Source: Thermoplasmata archaeon
GTDB taxonomy: Archaea; Thermoplasmatota; Thermoplasmata; Lutacidiplasmatales; UBA184
Reading direction: 5' to 3'
Assembly (NCBI GenBank): GCA_022750375.1
Contig: JAKIVU010000001.1
Location: 30,695 to 94,694, forward strand
Length of the DNA stretch: 64,000 nt
Each line of letters begins with the position of its first letter. Position 1 is the first letter of the stretch. A program made the position numbers and the translations under genes. The notes beneath the pieces are model-generated. The model had not been told where the DNA came from. It made no database searches and worked only from the letters and a program-made list of their open reading frames with translations. Positions 57,789-64,000 of this stretch are shown one piece after another.

Positions 57789-59357
57789 ATGACCGAAGCG
57801 GGACGGCGACCCCTGATCATTGGCAGCGGGATCGCCGGTTTGTACGTCGCGCTGCGTTGTCGCGAACTGGGACTGCGGCCCACGATCGTGACGAAGGCCC
57901 GACTCGAGGAATCCAACACACGGTACGCGCAAGGGGGCATCGCCGCCGCCATCGGGACCGACGATTCTCCGCGGATCCACCTCGAAGACACGGTCAAGGC
58001 CGGGGACGAACTGGTGGACCGGGCTGCCGCCCGCATCCTGACCTCCGAGGCCCCCGCCCGTATCGCGGACCTCGTGCGCAACGGCGTGCCGTTCGATACG
58101 GCCGACGGTCGGATCGCGCTCGGCCGTGAAGCCGCCCACTCGCGCTTTCGGACCCTGCACGCGGGCGGCGACGCGACTGGACTCTCGATCGAAGAGGCGC
58201 TCAAGCGCCGGGTCCTTGACGCGGGCGTGGAGGCCCGGGAACGGACCGTGCTCCGGGCGCTTCGGCCCGGGACTCGGGATGGACCGGTGGCCGTGTTGTC
58301 GAACGCCGACGGGAAGGATGTCGAATACTCCACCGCGGGTCCGGTCGTGTTGGCCACCGGCGGAGCGGGCAGCCTCTATCGACAGAGCTCGAACCCGTCG
58401 ATCGCGACGGGGGAAGGCGTCGCGATCGCGTTCCGGGCGGGTGCGCTGCTCACGGACATGGAGTTCATCCAGTTCCACCCGACCGCGTTCTGCCGAGAGG
58501 GCGCCCCGCGATTCCTGATCACCGAGGCACTCCGGGGCGAGGGGGCCGTCCTGCGCAACGAAGCCGGGGACCGGTTCATGACCCGGGTGCACCGCGACGC
58601 CGAGCTCGCTCCGCGCGACATCGTCGCTCGGGCGATCGACCGGGAGATCGTGACCTCCGGACATCCCTGCGTCTACCTGGACGCCACGGCGCTGCCCCGC
58701 GACCTGCTCTTCGCCCGGTTCCCCTCGGTCTGTCACTTTCTCTCCACGTACGGTCTCGACCCGTCCCGGGATCAGATCCCGGTCGCCCCGGTGGCCCACT
58801 ACATGATCGGCGGTGTCACCACCGACCTGGAGGGGCGAACGTCCCTGCAGGGGCTGTACGCCGCCGGAGAGGTCGCGTCAACCGGGGTCCACGGGGCGAA
58901 CCGTCTCGCGGGCAATTCCCTCCTCGAGGGGCTCGTGTTCGGGGAGCGCGTCGCGCGTCAACTCCTCCATCCCGCGATCGGGGGGCCGAGAGTACCGGAT
59001 CGAACGGTGGAACTTTCACTCCCCACCGGCGGGGGCCGACCGGAAGAGGTCGAGGAATTCGAACAGGTCCGCACCACGTTGTGGGAGGAGGTGGGTATCG
59101 TGCGCTCGGCCGAGGGGCTTGCCTCCGCCGTGGAGCAGTTCGAACGTCTCGTGAACGTCCTTCAGCCGACGCGGTCTGACACGATGCCCGGACCCGTGGC
59201 GAACGCTGCCCTCACCGCCTGGCTGATCGCGCGCGCCGCGTCGATCCGGACCGAAAGTCGCGGCGCCCACTACCGCTCCGATTGGCCGAAACGTCGCCCT
59301 CAATGGCGGGTCCATGTCGGTCTTCGCCTTCGGCCCCCTCGAGGCCACTCCGGGTGA
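57789..59357 (+). CDS. nadB: L-aspartate oxidase
   Basis: GSGIAG, AQGGIAA, QFHPT, HGANRLAGNSL, ESRGAH. Confidence 0.92.
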   Translation: MTEAGRRPLIIGSGIAGLYVALRCRELGLRPTIVTKARLEESNTRYAQGGIAAAIGTDDSPRIHLEDTVKAGDELVDRAAARILTSEAPARIADLVRNGVPFDTADGRIALGREAAHSRFRTLHAGGDATGLSIEEALKRRVLDAGVEARERTVLRALRPGTRDGPVAVLSNADGKDVEYSTAGPVVLATGGAGSLYRQSSNPSIATGEGVAIAFRAGALLTDMEFIQFHPTAFCREGAPRFLITEALRGEGAVLRNEAGDRFMTRVHRDAELAPRDIVARAIDREIVTSGHPCVYLDATALPRDLLFARFPSVCHFLSTYGLDPSRDQIPVAPVAHYMIGGVTTDLEGRTSLQGLYAAGEVASTGVHGANRLAGNSLLEGLVFGERVARQLLHPAIGGPRVPDRTVELSLPTGGGRPEEVEEFEQVRTTLWEEVGIVRSAEGLASAVEQFERLVNVLQPTRSDTMPGPVANAALTAWLIARAASIRTESRGAHYRSDWPKRRPQWRVHVGLRLRPPRGHSG

Positions 59358-59399
59358 GAGGCGAATAACCATTATGCTCTGCCGCCGCTCGCCCGAGCG

Positions 59400-60554
59400 A
59401 TGGACCTGTCCCTCACGGAGGAGGAGCGCGAGCTCCGGGAAGCGGCACGGCGATTCGCTCGAAAGGAGATTCAGCCGGTCGCCGACCGGATGGACCGGGA
59501 GGATTACTTCCCGCGTGACGTCTTTCGGCGGTTGGGCGAGCAGGGCTTCCTCGGGGTAACGGTCCCCACGGCGTACGGGGGCCTCGGGCTCTCCTACCTC
59601 TCCCAGGCACTGATCCTGGAAGAGATCGCGCGAGTAAGTCCGGCACTCGCGCTCAGCGTCGGGGCGCACTCCAACCTCTTCGCGGACAACGTGGGCCGGA
59701 ACGGAACTGACGCCCAGCGTCAAGAGTTCCTTCCGAGCGTCGTCCGCGGGGAGTCGGTGGGGGCTCTCGCCCTTACGGAACCGAACGCGGGGTCGGACGC
59801 GGTCTCGCTTCGGACCCGCGCGGAGCGGCACGGAGATCACTTCGTCCTGAACGGGAGCAAACAGTTCATCACCAACGGGCCGGTCGCGGACTCGCTCCTT
59901 GTCTACGCGAAGACGGCTCCCGATCGGGGGGCCCACGGGATTAGCGCGTTCTTGTTACGAAGGGATACGCCGGGCTTCGCGGTCGCGCGCAGTCTCGACA
60001 AGATGGGAATGCGCGGGTCCCCCACGGGCGAGCTCGCGTTCCAGGACTGTCGAGTGCCGGCCGACCAGCTCGTGGGGGTCGAGAACGACGGCGTTCGGGT
60101 GATGATGAGCGGCCTCAACGTTGAACGCGCGGTCCTCTCGGCGATTCCCGTCGGCATCATGGCGGAGTGCCTGGACCGCTCGATCGCGTACGCGCGCGAG
60201 CGGGAGCAGTTCGGCCAGAAGATCGGGCGGTTCCAGCTCATCCAGGAAAAGCTCGCGAACATGTACACCGAGCTCGAAGCGTCACGGCAGCTCCTGTACG
60301 CTGCGCTCGAGCAGGTCACCACGGACCCGCGCCGGATGGGTCTGAGTGCGGCAGCGCTCACGTACTCCTCGGAGGCATCGACCCGGGCCGCCCTGGAGGC
60401 TATTCAGATCCACGGAGGTTACGGCTACATGCGCGACCTGCCGCTCGAGCGCCTGGCCCGGGACGCGAAGTTGCTCGAGATCGGCGCGGGCACGTCGGAG
60501 ATCCGGAGGCTCTTGCTCGCTCGCGAACTTCTCGGTCCGGGGTTCGAGCAGTAG
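59400..60554 (+). CDS. Acyl-CoA dehydrogenase (isovaleryl-CoA DH-like)
   Basis: ALTEPNAGSD, FITNG, IHGGYGY, EIGAGTSEIRR. Confidence 0.92.
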   Translation: MDLSLTEEERELREAARRFARKEIQPVADRMDREDYFPRDVFRRLGEQGFLGVTVPTAYGGLGLSYLSQALILEEIARVSPALALSVGAHSNLFADNVGRNGTDAQRQEFLPSVVRGESVGALALTEPNAGSDAVSLRTRAERHGDHFVLNGSKQFITNGPVADSLLVYAKTAPDRGAHGISAFLLRRDTPGFAVARSLDKMGMRGSPTGELAFQDCRVPADQLVGVENDGVRVMMSGLNVERAVLSAIPVGIMAECLDRSIAYAREREQFGQKIGRFQLIQEKLANMYTELEASRQLLYAALEQVTTDPRRMGLSAAALTYSSEASTRAALEAIQIHGGYGYMRDLPLERLARDAKLLEIGAGTSEIRRLLLARELLGPGFEQ

Positions 60555-60645
60555 CCCCGAATACCGCCGGCAGCGCTGCCCATTCGGCGGAAGTGGACCT
60601 CGCCGTACCGAGGGTATATAGGGTTCGGCGGCCCTGCGACGCTCA

Positions 60646-61386
60646 ATGGCCGGCCGGCCGCCTACCGCACAGGGCGGAACATCGTCGTTGCGCGTGGAGA
60701 TTCTGAAGGAACTTCAGAGTCTGATCGACGACCGCGATGTCCGCGACCGCCTCGACCGGGGTCCGATCGGGGAGACGAAGGGCCGCGAGCACTGGGTGCT
60801 CCATCTGCTGCTCCGCGGACAGGAATCGAGCCAGAATCACCTGGACGTGCTGATCGGCTCCGCGTACTCGAACCTGCTCGCCCGGCTGCAATCGATCGAG
60901 GACCGGCTCGAGCGTGCGGAAGGGTCGAGCCGAACGTTCGGGGACGACGTGAAGAGCCGTCTTGACGGGCTCGAAGGTTCGGTCGCCGACCGCGTGTCGA
61001 AGGAGGTCAAGACGGAGACCGAGGCCGCGGCCAACCACATCGCGACCGGACTCTGGACCAACCTCGACAAGAAGTGGGAGCCGATCGGCAACTCCATCGA
61101 GGTGTTCTCTCAGTCCGCGGGCCAACTCTCCAAGAACCTATCCGACACGTACCGGGTCGCCACCCAGAGCCGGCTCCTACTCAACGAGAACGCGCGGCGG
61201 ATCATCGACCTCGGACGTGACCTCGTAGCCTTGGAGGAGAGCCTCAAACTCGCCCTCGCGAAGACGCTGGAGGAGGGCCTCCAACCCCTCGAGGAACGCA
61301 TCTCGGCGCTCGAAGCCCGCATCGCGGGCGCGACGGAAGAAGCCGCCGCGTCGAACGGGCGTACCGATGCGCCCGGGGGCGCCTAG
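60646..61386 (+). CDS. Coiled-coil hypothetical protein
   Basis: Heptad-rich; own TATATA box at ~60615. Confidence 0.7.
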   Translation: MAGRPPTAQGGTSSLRVEILKELQSLIDDRDVRDRLDRGPIGETKGREHWVLHLLLRGQESSQNHLDVLIGSAYSNLLARLQSIEDRLERAEGSSRTFGDDVKSRLDGLEGSVADRVSKEVKTETEAAANHIATGLWTNLDKKWEPIGNSIEVFSQSAGQLSKNLSDTYRVATQSRLLLNENARRIIDLGRDLVALEESLKLALAKTLEEGLQPLEERISALEARIAGATEEAAASNGRTDAPGGA

Positions 61387-61403
61387 GTCCCCCGGATCCC
61401 TCG

Positions 61404-62177
61404 ATGCACCTCTCGCCCCGCCACCCGCGATATCGGAGTCTCGTCACGCGCGCTCGACTTGCGGAGTGGTCCCAGAAGGGGCTGGTGGTGCCCGAAGGAC
61501 TGATCGCGCACGGTCGGGGCGAGGCGTTCGACTACCTTCTCGGGGAGCGAACGACGCCGAGTGCCCGGAAGGCGACGCGCGTCGCGGCTCAGTGGCTGCG
61601 GGCCGCACGGCGTCCGGTGCTCAGCGTGAACGGTAACGTGGCCGCTCTCGCGGCACCGGAGATCGCCCGGCTTCAGCATGCACTGCCCTCCCTCGGCGTT
61701 GAGGTGAATCTCTTCCACCGTACTCCCCGTCGGGCGGCCCTCGTGGCCCGCACGCTGCACGGCGCGGGGGTGCGCACCGTCCTGGGGATCCGGCCCACGG
61801 CGAAGATCCCCGGGCTGCCGTCCGATCGCGCGTTCGTCGATCGTCGGGGGATCTTCGTCGCCGACGTCTGTCTCATCCCATTGGAGGACGGGGACCGAAC
61901 GGAGGCGCTCCGAGCGCTCGGGAAGCGCGTGATCTCGGTCGACCTCAATCCGCTCTCTCGGACGAGCGAACACGCGGACTTGCCGATCGTCGACGAGTTA
62001 GTACGAGCCCTGCACAACTTGAGCGTCGATCTCGAGATGCGGCACGGCACGCCCGTTCCCGGACGTTTCGCCCCGTTCAATGCCCCGGCAGCACTGAGAA
62101 CGGCGAGGGCGACGATCCGCTACCGGCTGCAGCGGGAGGCAGCGCCGCGCTCCCGGAGAGCACCACCGCGGCGGTGA
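61404..62177 (+). CDS. Archaeal 4-phosphopantoate--beta-alanine ligase (phosphopantothenate synthetase)
   Basis: HPRYRSL, AHGRGEAFDYLLGE, PLEDGDR, DLNPLSRT. Confidence 0.92.
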   Translation: MHLSPRHPRYRSLVTRARLAEWSQKGLVVPEGLIAHGRGEAFDYLLGERTTPSARKATRVAAQWLRAARRPVLSVNGNVAALAAPEIARLQHALPSLGVEVNLFHRTPRRAALVARTLHGAGVRTVLGIRPTAKIPGLPSDRAFVDRRGIFVADVCLIPLEDGDRTEALRALGKRVISVDLNPLSRTSEHADLPIVDELVRALHNLSVDLEMRHGTPVPGRFAPFNAPAALRTARATIRYRLQREAAPRSRRAPPRR

Positions 62178-62622
62178 GCTTCGCGGCCACGGTCTCCAGG
62201 AACGACCCGTCCGACCGGTCGAACGCCCCCACCTCATTGCCGTCGATGTCGATCTCCCCGATGACCTTCCCCGCGTCGCGGATCGGCACGACGACCTCGG
62301 AGCGAGTTTCGAGGAAGCAGGCGAGATAGTCGGGGGAAGAGCGCACGTCGTCGACCACGACCGTCCGACCCTCCCGGACCGCCTGCCCGCAGACTCCCTT
62401 CTCGACGGGAATGCGCGTATGCTCGGTGGCGGCCGGTCCGTCCCACGCATCGAGCACGAGCTCGCTTCCCTCGAGGCGATAGACCCCGACCCACCGGTAG
62501 TGCCGGAACGATTCGTGCAGAAACCGGCAGACTTCCTGGAGTGCGGCACGACCCTGAAGTCGTGAAAGGACGGCATCGATCTGCAGGAGCGCCGGGGTCG
62601 TGGCTCTCGACGGAACGGTCAT
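62077..62622 (-). CDS. GAF-domain protein (free methionine-R-sulfoxide reductase-like)
   Basis: WVGVY, GVCG, YLAC, SEVVVP, IDID. Confidence 0.85.
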   Translation of the reverse strand: MTVPSRATTPALLQIDAVLSRLQGRAALQEVCRFLHESFRHYRWVGVYRLEGSELVLDAWDGPAATEHTRIPVEKGVCGQAVREGRTVVVDDVRSSPDYLACFLETRSEVVVPIRDAGKVIGEIDIDGNEVGAFDRSDGSFLETVAAKLTAAVVLSGSAALPPAAAGSGSSPSPFSVLPGH

Positions 62623-62656
62623 CGCCGTCGCCTCCGAGCGGGAATGGGTAGGGAAG

Positions 62657-62774
62657 CGCCGAGGGGGAGATTTTCCCCCGGGACGGGTCGACCGTGCCCG
62701 GCGTTTGAACTCCCGAGGCGAATTTCGCCACGAGCTTTCCAGACTCGCGCCGTACCGGACTGAGCCACCTCGGC
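62657..62774 (-). tRNA. tRNA-Ser(GGA) with 33-nt intron at 59/60 (intron 62671-62703)
   Basis: GCCGAGG/CCTCGGC acceptor stem, G73, CGAGT-CTGGAAA-GCTCG anticodon arm, long variable arm, GGGAG-TTCAAA[intron]T-CTCCC T-arm; CCA not encoded. Confidence 0.92.
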
Positions 62775-62833
62775 ACGCCCTCCGGTCGAGGACGGAGTTC
62801 CGCCGATAAGCTTAGCGGCCGAGGAAGTCGCGG

Positions 62834-63073
62834 TTATCCGCCGAGAGGATACCAGCCGCAGCTGGAGCACCCGACGCCGCGCTCCTCGCCCGGGATCTCG
62901 GCTCGACACTCGGGGCACGGAGCCGGGCCCGGGATCGAGAGGGAGAGGCAATCGAAGCAACTCCCTTGCCGCCGGTCGTCCGGGAGGACGACGAGATCCT
63001 TTCCGCAGAAGAGACAGTGGGAAAGACGATCCTCGGGGGATTCGAGGCTTCGACTATCCGCGAAAGAAAGCAT
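62834..63073 (-). CDS. Small multi-CxxC zinc-finger protein
   Basis: Four CxxC pairs in 79 aa. Confidence 0.65.
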   Translation of the reverse strand: MLSFADSRSLESPEDRLSHCLFCGKDLVVLPDDRRQGSCFDCLSLSIPGPAPCPECRAEIPGEERGVGCSSCGWYPLGG

Positions 63074-63158
63074 CGAACGCCGCCACCATCCGTCCGGTAC
63101 ATAAGGGCTCGCTGAACGTCACTCGCCCGACGGCCCGGAACCGGCCGGTCGGACGATT

Positions 63159-63905
63159 TCAGGGGTCTTTCCAGCGCGCCTTGAAGGCGGCGATCAGAAA
63201 CAGCGCTACCGTGAACGCGATGAGCACGACCCAGTCGATGGTCGCCGTGGAAAATGAGAGCGGCTGGAGCCCGACCGCCCCCTGGACGAGCTCGGCCGCG
63301 TAGGTCGTGGGTGATAATCGGGCGGCGACCTGCGCCCACCCCGGCAGGTAGCCGATCGGGTAGTAGACGGGCGGCAGCACCGTCAGAACAAGAGAGAATA
63401 TCGGACTGAACATCCAGGTCTCGCGGACGTCCTTGAAGTACGTGGAGAGGGTGAACGCAAATGCGGTGGCGAACGACCAGACGAGGAGGAGCGCACCCGC
63501 GAGGACCACGACGCTCGTCAGCGTGGCGTACCCGTAATAGACGAACAGGACGACAAACACCGCGAGCGCCGGCAGCGAGTAAACAAGTTCCGAGAAGGCG
63601 AGGCCCGCGACGTATATCGGGGCCTCGACCGGCGACGACACCACGATGTCCTGGAATTTCATGTCGTGCCGGTAATGGGTCAGGTCGGACTGAAGCCCGG
63701 TGCCCACGCCGAGCATCGTCAGGACCATGCCCCCCATGACCCCGTAGGCGAGGTCCGAGCCGCGCGAGATGATCCAGATGAAGAAGAGGAAGGAGAGCGG
63801 GCTCGCGACGAGGTTGATCAGGTAGAGCGGCTGGGTCCGGATCGGGATGAGGCCGTTGATCTGGACGAGCGTGAGCAGGGACCGCAGGCGGTTGCGCTCG
63901 CTCAC
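63159..63905 (-). CDS. ABC-2 type transporter permease
   Basis: 6 TM; PVYYP..LPGW....RLSPTTY. Confidence 0.88.
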   Translation of the reverse strand: MSERNRLRSLLTLVQINGLIPIRTQPLYLINLVASPLSFLFFIWIISRGSDLAYGVMGGMVLTMLGVGTGLQSDLTHYRHDMKFQDIVVSSPVEAPIYVAGLAFSELVYSLPALAVFVVLFVYYGYATLTSVVVLAGALLLVWSFATAFAFTLSTYFKDVRETWMFSPIFSLVLTVLPPVYYPIGYLPGWAQVAARLSPTTYAAELVQGAVGLQPLSFSTATIDWVVLIAFTVALFLIAAFKARWKDP

Positions 63906-64000
63906 GCTTCCACCTCCGGCGGCGTGCCCTCATCCTCGATCGACTTTCCCACGACGTCGAGGAAAATGTCCTCGAGACTCACCGGGCCCATGCTGACGCG
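63902..64000 (-). CDS. ABC transporter ATP-binding protein, C-terminal end (partial)
   Basis: VSLEDIFLDVVG tail; GTGA overlap with the permease. Confidence 0.75.
   Translation of the reverse strand, partial: RVSMGPVSLEDIFLDVVGKSIEDEGTPPEVEA

Overview
High-GC archaeal window, most likely Thermoplasmata: the r-protein superoperon lacks L14e/L34e, SecY is long, and PCNA, aIF2-gamma, Cbf5 and phosphopantothenate synthetase are present. Positions 1 to ~13650 are the right-hand part of an integrated accessory element with visibly less GC-biased codon usage. It encodes a small serine recombinase with no C-terminal HTH, an RFC/clamp-loader-like AAA+ ATPase fused to a resolvase-type HTH and followed by head-to-head repeats, a divergent RNase HI-like protein, a PD-(D/E)xK-like nuclease, a Panacea/SocA-like antitoxin coupled to a membrane protein, and many small membrane proteins. 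The element ends at a promoter-preceded 5' tRNA fragment, which suggests insertion into the D-loop of a tRNA gene. The rest (13.7-64 kb) is core chromosome: ilvA, the L3-L15/secY operon, cmk, cbf5, MMPL, thiolase, PCNA, glycosylation genes, meaB, rps6e/aIF2g, prs, nadB and others. Notable core features are a tRNA-Ser(GGA) with a 33-nt intron in the T-loop (59/60), a tandem active/inactive Cas4-like nuclease with no CRISPR array, and a CysRS paralog lacking the anticodon-binding domain. All calls come from motif recognition by eye; no database searches were run.
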